A stretch of DNA of 64,000 bases from Camelus ferus (taxonomy: Eukaryota). Below the pieces are notes generated by a model. That model was not told the origin of the DNA. It saw only the letters and a list, made by a program, of their open reading frames with translations, and searched no databases. The DNA lies in assembly GCF_009834535.1 (NCBI RefSeq), contig NC_045698.1, positions 2,668,001 through 2,732,000 on the forward strand. The letters run 5' to 3'. The position numbers and the translations under genes were made by a program. Positions 36,867 to 49,023 of the stretch are shown here, in pieces; position 1 is the first letter of the stretch, and each line of letters begins with the position of its first letter.

Positions 36867-37260
36867 GTGTTAGTCAGCAAAGGCTGCCGTAACTGGGTTC
36901 TGCAAACTGGGTGCTTTAAACAACAGAACTGTGTCATGTCCCAGGTCTGGAAGCCAGAGACTGAGGTGACAGACAGCAAGACTGGCTCCCTCTAACCCCC
37001 CCCCCCCCGCTTCTGGGGCTTTACCAGCCGTCCGGGCTCGAGGGGCTGCCTCCCATCTCCTCCTTCAGGTTCACGTGGCGTGCTCCCGCTGCCGTGTGTC
37101 TCTGTGTCCAAATGTCCCCTTCTTATAAGAACACGAGTCATACTGAATCCCCCCCAGGACCTCATCTTGGTCAATTAGATCTTCAATGACCCCGTTTGCG
37201 AATGAAGTCACATTGTGAGGTGCTGGTGGTCAGAACTCCAACACCTGCATTTTCAACAGT
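36867..37260 (-). mobile_element. MLT1 solo LTR, MLT1C-like
   Basis: ggctgccgtaac...aaactgggtgctttaaacaacagaa...tctctgtgtccaaatgtccccttcttataagaacac...gtcacattgtgaggtgctgg. Confidence 0.88.
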
Positions 37261-37721
37261 TGAGCTTGTACCAGGAAACCCCTCCTGGGGTCTCCGGGGG
37301 AGTAAGCGGGGCTGATCTCTGGGGGCAGCTGGCACAGAGCTGGCACCGAACGGGGGCCGTCGGGCGTCGGCCATCTCTGAGGAGCCCCTTCCGACCCTTC
37401 ACCCCGGCACATTCGTGCCCTTTAACATGCTTCCATCAGACGCAGGCAGGGACTAAAAACCACTAACCGAGGACAGTATTTACTCATCATTAAGTTACCT
37501 CATCCAAAACCCTGAGCTATAGATATATGCCCAATTCGGTCTCTGAAGAAGAGAAATAAATATCTTTCTTCCAATGCGCCCATGAAATGCCTACAAAAAC
37601 TCCCCCATCAGTGGGGTCTGGGAGGAAGCCTCAGTGAATTCCACAGAGCAGGCGCTTTAGGGCCCCTCGGCTTCGCCTCACTGACTCGGAACTAGGATCC
37701 TTTCCTTCCCTGCGTCCCTTC

Positions 37722-38077
37722 TTCTTTTTAGCTGAACTGGAGCTGATTTACAGCGCTGCGTTGGTTCCCGGTGTGCGGCATCATGGCTCTGTTACACATA
37801 CGAACGTGCACACGCTATTTTCCAGATTCTTCTCCATTATAGGTTTAGTACGAGATATTGAAGACATAGTCCCCACCTCCTGCAGTAGGTCCTTCCTGTT
37901 TATCATATGATGTCACTTATATGTGGAATCTAAAAAATGATATAAATGAACTTTTTTACAAAACAGAAACAGATTCATGGACATAGAAAAAAACCTTATA
38001 GTTACCAAAGGGGAAAGGAGGGGGATAAATTAGGAGTTTGGGATGAGCAGATACAAACTACTATGTACAAAATGGGA
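37722..38077 (-). mobile_element. 5'-inverted (twin-primed) truncated LINE-1
   Basis: 37722-37904 is an L1 3' end on the minus strand; 37905-38077 is the adjacent upstream 3' UTR segment in the opposite orientation. Confidence 0.85.
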
Positions 38078-40047
38078 TTCATTTTAAATGAACTCACAAC
38101 TAACAAGACGATTTAAATCGATGAATGCAAATGGCTATTAGAGTGTTTGAAAGTGTTTAAAGGCCTCAGAGCATGTGTCTGCTGAATAGTCAGGGGGAAG
38201 TGTTTGTCAGTGAAGACAGTCCATGTAGGAAGGGAGGGACGGGGGCAGAGACGCTGAGTGTGGAGAAGTAAGCTGCAGTGTGCCTGGGATGTGGACCCCG
38301 GCGTGTGAGCCCCCTGCCTCATATGGAGACGAAGTCACATGTGAATGGGGGAAATTCCTGGCCTCAGTTTTATTACACAATAAAGAGATGCAGATGGGTT
38401 TATTTGAGATTCTTTCCAAGGCTTGAAATCTCTCACACCTGACTCAAAACTGGCCCGGGTCAAGTCGGGCAGATATACGGAAGTGAAACTTGCCCCTTTT
38501 CTGCACAACTGTCCCTACGATTAAGTCCGGAGCATCTATTAGCTGTTTAATTTCTCCGTTGCCTTAGGTGCTGTCCATGTTCCAGGGGAGATTTCTTAGC
38601 CTCCATTAAGAGGGCATTGTGATGAGATGCAATCTCATGTCTGGCTGTAATGAAGCCAGTCAGTGTTGAGCGGTTTAGGGCGCTGGGCAGGAGCGAAGTT
38701 CCAGAAGGAGTTTGCTTTCCAGCCTGGATCAAGGGGCTTTTCCCTGAAGAGGCTGGGGGAGTCCATCCAGAGCACATAGGAGTCTGGAATGCAGATTGCA
38801 TTACAGAATGAAAATAATGAAAATGATACCTGTGTCAGATAAATTAAGCATTTCTATCAAAATATCGACCAAAGTTTAAAGTACCATGAAGTATGTTCCC
38901 TGTTGATATATTCAAAGAAAAAACAATATCCATTTCCTTGATTTTTTAAATTAAATTTTAAGTTATTAAATTGCAGACACATATCATCTTACAGTTTATC
39001 AAAGGTCCTGAGAAACAGCAAATTAAACAACGAGCATTGCATGGCTAGAACCCGAGGTTGAAAACGGCAAAAAAGCAAGTTGGAAAAGAATTTCTTGTGT
39101 GTAAGATTCAACAGCCAGGTCAAACCAAGACATCACAATGACTGTTGCTTTAGCAGCAGGTAGAATTGATGGGCAAGCTCTTGGGGACTCCAGACGAGGA
39201 AGCATCCTTTCTGATGCAAAGGGAGGAGCACTGGGCTCCTTTCTGTTTCTCTACTATCAGATTTGAAAGAATTGGGAGAATGCTGCAAAGGGAGAAAATA
39301 ACCAAAAAAGAAGATAAATAGCTACTTGCTTGTTGAAATACAGCATTGATCTGGTTTGTATTTACAATGTGCTGGGAATTAACACATAAGAAAAATATTA
39401 AAGCTAGGCATTTATTAGAAGGAAGAGAAATGAAACAGCAATAAGTTGTTCACTCAAAACTAACTACAAGCAATTTACCATCGCTGCCTTGTACAAAAAA
39501 TAACATGAAAGAAATACAATCATTGTGCTAAACAGATGCCAGTAGTACAAAGGGAGGCGAAAAGTTCATGCAGGGAGGAAAAATATCCCTCTTATGTTGA
39601 TGAAAAAAATGCGTGGAGGGTCCTGCCTGAAGCCATGATGCAATCCGCACAATGTGTTCGCCATGCACCTTCCACAAGCAGCAGAGAAGGGTGCACATTT
39701 TCAGAGTTAGGCTGAGAAGAAAGAAAACAGAAACAAGGAACTGGGAGTGTGTTGTTAGTCCAACTTTTACGGTGACCAAACCGAAGGTGATCTTAGCCAG
39801 AACAGCTGGTTAGTGATGAGCAGCTTTCTGCTTTAGTCTGTATATACTTTTTAAAAAAACATACTATCATTAATTAGGAGATGGAAGTGAGTTATTTGAC
39901 ATTGAGGGAAAAAATGCATATTGACATATCAAGGTCAAAAGATTTTAATTTTTTTTTAAATCATTTCTTTTTAAAAGGAATAGTTTGGGTCTAAATAAGG
40001 GGTTTTTAAACGGCACATATATACTGGCTTTTTAAGACTTTTCTACT

Positions 40048-40381
40048 TGTACAAATCCACACAGGCTGCTGTCACAAAGCAGCACAGACTGGGCAGCTTA
40101 AACAGCAGAAAATCTTGTTCTCGGATCAAGAAGCTGGATGTCTGAGGTCAGGGGGCCCTCAGGGTCCACCTGGGGAGGGGTCTCTTCCTGGCTGCAGACG
40201 GCTGCCTTCTCGCTGTGTCCTTGCACCATGAGCACAAGGGTACTAATCACATCACAGGAGCCCCACCCTCACGACCTCATCTAAACCAAATCACCTCCCA
40301 AGGCCCCACCTGCCAACACCAGCACACTGGGGGTTAGAGCTTCAACATATGAATGGGGAGGATGCATTACAATTCATAGCA
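40048..40381 (-). mobile_element. MLT1 solo LTR, MLT1A/A0-like
   Basis: ggctgctgtcacaaagcagcacagactgggcagcttaaac...cacgacctcatctaaacc..atcacctcccaaggccccacct...gggggttagagcttcaacatatgaat...catagca. Confidence 0.9.
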
Positions 40382-40483
40382 CAATTGCTACGGAATTTGG
40401 GAAAATGTAAACAAAACGTATTTTTATTCTATACCACTGGTTGTTATTGGTCAAGATTGGATACTAGATTGTATTGGTCTACG

Positions 40484-40703
40484 TGGGGGTCTGCACCTCG
40501 CATCCTGCAGGCCAAATCCAGGCTGCCACCTGCTTTTGTAAGTGAGCTTTTGCTGGAACACAGCCGTGCCTGTCCAGGTGCGCACCGCACACACACATGG
40601 CTGTCTTCCCTTTACAGCTGCAGACTTCAGAGGGGAGACCATACAGCCAGAAGGCCTGAGAACACTCAGTCTGGACATCACAGGAAAAGTCTGCTGACCC
40701 TTG
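40484..40703. mobile_element. MER58A hAT-Charlie MITE
   Basis: ggccaaatccaggctgccacctgcttttgtaa...ttgctggaacacagcc...gagaccatacagcc...aaaagtctgctgacccttg. Confidence 0.85.
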
Positions 40704-40711
40704 GAGAGCCA

Positions 40712-41038
40712 TGCTGCCCTGTCCAGTAGCCACTAGCCATGCACGATGCCTGAGCACCTGAAATGTGGCCAGTCCAGCTGGCGTGCACTCGCATGGTGAG
40801 GTGCACAGCAGAATTCACAGACATAATGCGGAAAAGCAGGTCAGAGCCCAGGTTAGCAGGGTTCTATGTCACCTGCATCTTGAAATGAGGTTATACTGGG
40901 CACGTTGGTTTCTGCAATACACTATCAAACTCAGTTTCACCCGTTTATTTTTATTTGTTATGTGGCTACAAGAAGAATTAAAATAACACACGTGACTCCC
41001 ATTTGGAGCTTTCATTGTATTTCTAGTGGGCAGCATTG
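40712..41038 (-). mobile_element. MER33 hAT-Charlie MITE
   Basis: gtagccactagcca...tgagcacctgaaatgtggccagtcc...tttcacccgttt...atgtggctac...cattgtatttctagtgggcagcattg. Confidence 0.8.
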
Positions 41039-41152
41039 TTTTGAGAATCTTTAAACTGTTTTTTTAACAGGAAAGCTACCTTTCAAGCTTTGCTTCTAGA
41101 ATGAGCCCTTGAGTTACACAAATTGGGAAAAGGGTTCATTTGCTCTTCTCAG

Positions 41153-41200
41153 ACAAAATGTTTGATCCTGATAAAGCTGAACATGGGTATTCAGAGCATG
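41153..41200 (+). other. Candidate 48-nt internal exon, host gene unidentified
   Basis: Acceptor gttcatttgctcttctcag| and donor ATG|gtaagtgc; the length is a multiple of 3 and two frames are open. Confidence 0.3.
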
Positions 41201-41429
41201 GTAAGTGCTGATTTAATAATGTTAAGTTGGGGACCTCTTTGCCTTGGCCCTTGAATAATTGGACAACATTGCCCCTACAGGCGAACCCAGCCTGGGCTGC
41301 TGGTGTTTCCTGCTCACTGAGTTCTCAGCCTTCAGGCCCAGGCCACTTGTCCAGGGAAGCTGCGTTCACAGCTCTCAGAGACAGGATGTCAGCCTGTGTA
41401 GTGCGTGTGCTGTGGCACAGGTGTGGGTG

Positions 41430-41564
41430 ACACACACACACACACACTTGCACACACACAGCAGCTCGCATGCACAGACTCATTCACACACAGGCTGGCA
41501 CCCAGATGTACACTCAGTCCCTCCCGTGCTCACACATAATACACCCCCAGAGTGAAACCTCACA

Positions 41565-41595
<31 letters not shown>

Positions 41596-41596
41596 C
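41430..41596. repeat. Compound (CA)n microsatellite
   Basis: CA runs at about 41430-41460 and 41560-41595. Confidence 0.9.
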
Positions 41597-42869
41597 CCAG
41601 AGCAGTTGCGTTGGCACGCTGTCGCCCCCACCACGTGCAGTGATGCACTTTTGAACATTCCAGTCATTGCAAGAGGGATGAGCCTGTGCACGGGGCAGCA
41701 TTAAATCTGGGCTGGAAGGTGACTCAAGTGCCGTGAGTTTTGATTAACTGAGCAAACACGGGCAGGACAGGTCGGCTCCCTAGACATCTGTTCCAATTCC
41801 AGATCAACAGAGCAGAAGTTTCAGCAGAATAGGTCATAAGCTTTCCCTGCTACCAGGCACCAAAACATGAAAACACGCCCTGAGAACGTGGACCACAAGG
41901 GGAACACAGATTCTCCACCTGTCACCAATGCTGTGGCGTTTGGCCCAAAAGTAGTCCACACACCTGAGCTGCTCAGATAAAGTCAGAACTTTCAGACCGT
42001 GTCTGGCTTTACTCTTCTGCATCCCGGATGCTGTCTTTTATTTTGGTATTTTTTTTCTGGAGCAAAGTTAGCCCCGAGGATAGAAAAAAGATGATGTATT
42101 TGAGAAATCTCTTAAACTTGGACACAGTAGGGATGCTGAAACGATCACCGTTTAGAGTTTAAACTCCTCAAAGACAAGGCGTCCGTCTGCACAGCCGCAC
42201 CGGGTCACCCCCTGCAGCAGGCGCTCAGGGGGGCTGTTGGCAGTCGTGTCACCTGCTGCAGTGACCGAGCGTGGGCGTCGGTATCACCGGTGAACGAGGT
42301 CTCGCTATGGGTCCCACAGAGGCCGAGGCTGCAAACGAGCTACCGTCTTGGTGATCCTGCTCTGAACCTAACATTGCTCAGGTTGAGCTCGGGTACCATT
42401 TCAAGCAACCACTAAAATGGATATCAATTCTCAAGTGAAAAACATCTTAAATGTGGTCTGCAGTACGTTGTCCACAAATGTACCCCCCAAATTCACTTCA
42501 AAATTTCCTAAAGTGTAGGAAAAATAATGAAAGTGAGGAGTTTCTGAATGCTGACAATGTCCTGTTTTAGAGCTGGCTGCAGTGACTGGTCCCCTCGGGG
42601 TCTCCTTGAGTCCTGATGTTGACTTAACAGAAATCCGGGGTGCTGAGCCCGGGCAGGTGGGGCTTTGCGGAATCTCTCCGTCCTTTCTGCCTGGAGTCCG
42701 TCAGTTCTGGGCAGCCCTGCAGGAATGAAGATCTTTGCATTCGAAGCTTTTGCCTGGTGACTCTGGTGTTTCCCCAGTCACAACTGCACAACAGCAGGAA
42801 ACACTCTAAGAGAAAAGGTGTGCCGTTCACCCACCGTGAGGAAGTGCTGACCACAACTGTAACTACGAT

Positions 42870-43470
42870 CGGCAAGTAAAACCGGTAAATCCACAAGAAA
42901 AACGTGCAAATGGAAAAATGGTAAATAAATGAATAGGGCCAAGTGCAGGAGAAGACATAAACATTGGTAACAATCATTCGGACAGACGTGCAACCGCACA
43001 GGTGACCCGAAACACGCAGCTTACAACACCTGCTGGCCTTCGCCCGGACAACCTCTGCAGGGGGCGAGGACGCGGGAACACGAGCAGGGGTGGGTATTTA
43101 CTGCTAAAACTTCATAAGGACGTGCTAATGTTGAACTTGGCAGTAACCATCAAAATGTCCCCTGTGCGTGGCCTTTGGCCCAGAGGCCGCCTCCCTGGAA
43201 TCTGCCTTCTGTTGTGCTGACGGATGAGCAGAGCTACACGGTAAGGAGGACCACGGCTGCATCAGTCACCGAGGTCAAGAGACTAGAAGGAAAATGCACA
43301 ACTGTTGATTCCAAGGGGCATGAAATACGTTAGAATCTGTTTATTGGTCTCAGTTAGCGCCGTACGGCTATTAGAAGGAAGCACGTAGACTGGTAAGGAG
43401 AGGGGTTAACAATCCAGTCACACCCCTGAAAAATCAAACAGAAGGGGATAGGACGGTACACACGCGTGTC
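42870..43470 (+). mobile_element. Ancient L1ME-like ORF2 3' fragment
   Basis: ggaaaaatggtaaataaatgaatagg...ttggcagtaaccatcaaaat...cctttggcccag...ctggaatctgcc follows the order of old L1 ORF2 3' motifs. Confidence 0.55.
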
Positions 43471-45717
43471 TTGTATACTGACCGGCTCTTCCCAGGGGTG
43501 CTGGCGCCCTGGGAGCTTCTCTTCCGGGATCGGATTTGCACCCCCAGCCCGTAAAAGGGGAACAAGGAGGGTGAGAGCCTGGCCCCGCCCGGCCGAGGGC
43601 TCTGCCCTTGAGCAGCTCTGACAGCGCCTTCCTGACCTTCCCTGTGAGTGTCACATGCTTCAAAATAAGTGCATTTAAAAACCCTTGAGGGCAAGATCAT
43701 GTATTCCAGCTTATTACAACATCATTGCTATTTTTCCCTCCAGTCCCGGCCACCTCATCCCAGGAGTAATCGTATTAACCCTTCTGCTCTCCAAATTCCC
43801 CGCATGTCTCATGGCACATTTTGTAGTGGCCATCGCTGGCCGTCAACAACACCACAGTTATGCGTGAAATTCAACTTTGGAAACTTGCGCCTCCTGTTGG
43901 TCATCAATCCTCTCCTGGAATGCCCTTGAGGTCCCGCTGTTTCATTTCAGTCTCCTCACAGACACGTCTTTGTGATGACTCTCCCATGTGCCGGGTGGGG
44001 CCCCGTTCTGTGCACCGGAGCCTTCCTCATGGGGACAGCCAGCACTGCACCGCGCGTCCCGGGGGATTCTTTCCGAAGGAGAAAAGGTGCTTACACGGCT
44101 TCTCGACACTTTGCAAACACCTTCCTCACGAGTAAACGCAGCCATCACAGATGTAAAACCAGGCAAGCGTCAAGAGACCGTGTGTGTTAATCGAGGAGGA
44201 TTTCAGAGCGAGAGTCATTATTGGCCCGGTCTACCATCATCAAACTCTGTCATTCTTAGCTTTAGTGTTAGTCCCATGATTCTCGGGTAGCTTGAGTTCT
44301 TCTGTTTACGTCTGGTTCTGCCAAATCTCGGCACGTTCGCCCTTCCCTCCCCACTGCCGTTGAGCCGTGACGGGTTTCTCTCTCAGCTTCTCTGCACAGT
44401 GGTGTCCCTCACCTCGGCGTCTGTCCTGCTGCGGAGTGAACCCCCGTCCATGCGAGGTTTGCAGGACGGTCATCCGGAGAGACCGCCAAGTCCACCAAGA
44501 GGAAACGGATTTCCAGTCCGGGCGAGGCCTTGTCACTTTAGGGGCCACCCTTTATTTCCGACGTCTGCCTTTCCAAGTACACCCTGTTTCTAATGATGCC
44601 TCTTCCCAGGGAGGTCGGTGAGGGGCACGATATCCCTGGAAGATGTGGGGTGGAGCCAGGACGGCCGGGGCTGGAGTCCAGGGTGACCGCGCTGTGGCTG
44701 CGTGGAAGCCGACAGCCCTGGGCCTCTCTGTGCGCTGGCTTCCGTCTTCGGCTGTGCGGCTAAGCCTGCGGTGCCGGCGGCAGGAGGTAAATAGTGTTGA
44801 AAGACTGCTTGAGGCGCACAGTACGCACTCGGGTGGGAGTATATGGTGGGGCTCTGTTTCAGACGGAAACAATCACGTGCGATTTTTATTTTAAAACCAC
44901 GCTTGGAAAGATCCTTCTCCTCCCTCCGCTGCTCCCTTTCCTTTGCCGAAGTCTCTGGGCACCAAAATGCCACCCGAAACCAGGAGCGGAGGTCACCTGG
45001 GCTCAGCCAGCAGCGTTTCTCCTCAAAACCCACAAGGCAGGTCTGGCATTCCCAAAGACAATGACAACAGTCTTTGAAAGTGAATTCACACTACGGAGAG
45101 AATGATGCCGCATTTACTAGTCAGATCAAGTGTGACCGGTGCTAAAGGCGAGGTGTGTTGGTGTTAACTTCTAACCATTCTATCGAGGAACATTGATTCC
45201 GACCTCGGCTGGGGGTGGTCAAGGAAGCCTCGGCGTGAAGCTACGTGCCCTCGGTCTTTCCTCCGCAGGGTTCACCCTGAAGGCAGGGCTCTGGGCTTCC
45301 TGCAGCAGCTTCCAAGGGAAAACAAGTGAAGGGCTGTCCGCGTCAGCTCCAGGCTCCGTCTTCTCTCCCGGCGCACATGCGCTGTAAAGCTTTGCTCAGA
45401 CTGCGCCTTTACCAGGAACGGTTTCTCTCAGTATTATGTGCACTTCCATTAACAGCAAGAAGCAAAACTTGTGTTTTAATGATAATGAAGTGTACAAAGC
45501 TAACTTTGGGCTTCGTTTAACGTACACTTAGAGTCTTTCGTCAAAGGCCCTCAGGGATAAAGCACCTTGGGAGAGGGGAGGCCGCGCCACCCACGGGGCT
45601 TGCTGGTTACGCAGAAGCCATGTGGGCCAGAGAAGTCGGCAGGCCCATCATCTGATGTTTCAGTTATTGGAAGGTGTCAGTTCTGCGAACTTTGCAGCTG
45701 TCTGACTTTTTCCTTCG

Positions 45718-45923
45718 TTTTTTCATTATTAAAGGACAGTCAGTTTACAATGTTGTGTCAATCTCTGGTGTGTAGCATCAGGATTCACTCTTCATAGACA
45801 TGTTCCTGTTCATATTTTTTCAATACAGTTCACTACAAGATAGTGAATATAGTTCCCTGTGCTCTACAGCTTAAACCTGTTGTTAATCTGTCCCGCATAT
45901 AGCAGTGAGCATCTAAAATCTTG
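45718..45923 (-). mobile_element. 5'-truncated LINE-1 3' end
   Basis: cagtttacaatgttgtgtcaatctctggtgt...actacaagatagtgaatatagttccctgtgctctacag. Confidence 0.88.
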
Positions 45924-47699
45924 ACCTGACTTTTGAGCTAGTTCTGCTTGATAACAACCCAACCTCTGTGGAAAGAGGTGTCAGGAGGGGCACATGGGCC
46001 CCAGGATTCTCCACGGCTGATTGGGAGGGGGTTCTGGTGGCGGTCTCCCGTCACTCAGCACCCCTCATGGAGATGTCATCACCCATGAGATTGACAGGAA
46101 GGGGACAGGGGGAGAGAAGTGACGTCACCTGGAGCAGTGGGGACGGAGCCACGGGGAGAGGAGAAGCAGGTGTGGGAACATCTTCCTTTGGGAGGGTGGG
46201 GGTGGTCCCTCGCCTTCCACCTTACAGGTGTCAACTTCCATCTGCCTACTTACTGCTGGGATGATGGAATCTGTCTTCTCTTCATGATCCTAAAGACATG
46301 AACATTCAGGAAACAATGTCTGTAACCCCTATAGAGAAAGGGACAAAAAAAAACAAAGTTTATGCAGTCACCAGGAGCAATTAGACTTCCAAACGCATCA
46401 TGGCTCTGCTCAGTACATTTACAAAACCATGTGTTCCAAAATATACCTGACCCAGTATTAGAACCTAGAAAAACCGGTGTATCACAAATGAAGGCTGACA
46501 GCCTGCAGCTTCAGCTGGATGTGGAATGAGCCAAAGTCACCTTTTATCTCCTTAGTCTCACTGTAATCTGTGGTAAGACTTTGAAGGTAAATTTGGATGT
46601 TTTTAGAGGGGGGAGTTTGCAGCCAGGGCATCAGAATTATAATCTTGATTCAATTGTGTTACACCCCATGTGTCTAATTTGTACAGCTGAGCGTCCAGTA
46701 AATAAAATATTCAAAACTATTTCCCAGAAAATGTGCCCTTCACTGTATTGATTTCTATCAAAGCTATCTAAAACTTCGCAGAGTCGACCTTTTCTTCCTT
46801 AAAGACAAAATATTCCTCCAGAGTGACAGCACTGAAATGCTACCAGGTGGAAACCCTTTGGTGAGGTGCATGCCATCAGGAGTGATGGACGAAGGTGCCC
46901 ACGTCGGAAGGCAGCCTGTTTTCCCAAAAATCGATAATCCCGTGGCCGGAGGGCATCTGTGCCCCCTGGGGAGGGCCTCCCGGTCCCATTCCCACCGTGA
47001 CCAGCGGCCCCACTTCCCAGTTCCTGGAAATCACTATGTTCCTAGTTACAGCGTAAGCCTCCAAGGTTTGCCAAATTTTACTGAAGTTTTTCCAGGACTG
47101 TTTTCAGCAGAATTATTGGTTTTCAGCCTTACTGACACGACAGCCTTAAACACGTTATGCAGAAAGATGGAGTGAAAGTTAGAAACGCTGGAACGGCTGT
47201 GGTCTGACTGTCAGCCCAGTCACTTAGAGAGAGAAAAGCAGGTCAGCCACGCCCGTTTCCACTTGTGCTGCAGGTTCTCTGAGCAGGACACACGCAGAGG
47301 ACGTGTTCAGGGCTTGGGCTGAGGAACGGGGACATGGGGACTGACCAGGGCACAGGGCTTAAGGGCTGGGAGAAGTCACTCACCAAGATCAGCACTGTCT
47401 CAGTGAAAAACTAAACATCAACATTATCGCAAAGCATCTGTGATGCATCAAATGTAAAATTGTAAACAGAGACAGGATCCCGGTCCCTGCCGTCCCCCTG
47501 CATCCGGCCCCTGCACGGCCTGACGCGCCGGGCACCGCACAGCACGGTAGTCCCTGCGCTCTTGGCGGCACCCTCTCCAGGACGGGATAGTCGGGGTCAG
47601 CGTCCCTTCTCCCTGCCGTCATGGGGGAAACAGGGCAGAGGAGAAGAGGGGAGGAGATGTGCTGAAGGCCTGCTCTGCACCAGATGCTGTGAAGGTCAC

Positions 47700-47796
47700 C
47701 TTCATGTATGTCCACATCGATATAAAAATATATACGTACGTGTCTGCCGTGCGTACACACGTGCACACACACACGTGGGCATGTGTGTACGTGCCA
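47700..47796. repeat. Alternating purine-pyrimidine (CA/TG/CG) tract
   Basis: atatacgtacgtgtctgccgtgcgtacacacgtgcacacacacacgtgggcatgtgtgtacgtgc. Confidence 0.7.
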
Positions 47797-48975
47797 CCAT
47801 ATCGGTTATGTTATTATGTATTTTAACTCCTGATACAATTCTGTAAGGCCAAGTCAGTTCATACACATTTATATGCAATTTCTTTCAAATATGGAGTCGG
47901 TTTCTTCTGTCTTCAGCGTCACAGCTCATAGAAAGCTTCCCTGGTCGCTCCCAGCCACAGCCCTGCAAGTCAGGCCGGGATGCTCAGGCCCGGAGAGCCG
48001 GCCCGGAGCCGCAGGGGCACGCGCACAGGCAGCCCGGCCCCGGGGTCGCGGAGCGCCTGGGAGTATGATTTTCAGGAACCCAAAGAACCGCAGGGAATCT
48101 TTACATCACTCAGCAGGCGCGGGGAGCGTCTCCGAAGAGGCAGATGTGCACTTTCTGAGTGAGAAGCAGCATTCCGTTCCCCACAGAAGAAGAGAGGAAG
48201 CGATTGGATCAAGTGGAGCAGGTCACGGTGAGGGTCCCAGCCCTTGGGCCACGTCCCAGGAGCACTCGGAACCTTATCCACGTGGAAAGGGGACCTGGGG
48301 CTTCAGCAGGCGGGGGGAGCTGTGACTCACGAGCTCTCAGTGGGACCAGATGAGCTGCGTGTGGGAAAGCTCTCACACTTGTGGAGGAAAGAGAACAGAC
48401 CCGTCCGAGCTGGGGCAGGTGAGTTCTGCGTGTCAGAAAAGGCACGGGGTTGCACGAAAATTCCTAAAGCCCAGTGAAGGCCCCCTCGAGAGGACCTGAA
48501 TAAAGACAGAAGGGGAGGAAGCCGCACCGTGGTGGAGGAGGTAACGGCAGACCGGGCGGTGCGCATCGCGGCACAGAGCACAAGACTGACTCGGCAGAGG
48601 GACACAGTGCGGGTGGGACAGCCCAGGTTCCCGGCATCCGCTGGACGTCTCATTCAGCTCAGATACTCAGGCTGATAACTTTCCAACTTGCTCTGTTGAC
48701 CATCTGATGTCCCAGAAAGTAGAGAGAGAATCAAAGGCAACTGTTACTCTGGAAGTGATCTGAGCCACAGCAACTAGCTGGTGGCTGCAGAGAAAGAGGC
48801 AGAAATCTTGGGGACAAGTTGTTGAGTCATCCTTGTGTTTAATATGCCCAGAGAAGACCCCCGCGGGATGAGACGAGATCTCGCCCAGGGTGATTCTGCA
48901 GGTCTCAGAGGATGGTGCACAGGTTTCAAGGCTCTCAAAAGTATGAATCTGATATATAATGTGGTTACTTCTAAG

Positions 48976-49023
48976 AGGGAGAGGGCAGAGGGAGGGAGGG
49001 AGAGAGAGAGAGAGGACAGGGAG
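48976..49023. repeat. (GA/GGGA)n purine tract
   Basis: Directly visible. Confidence 0.85.
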
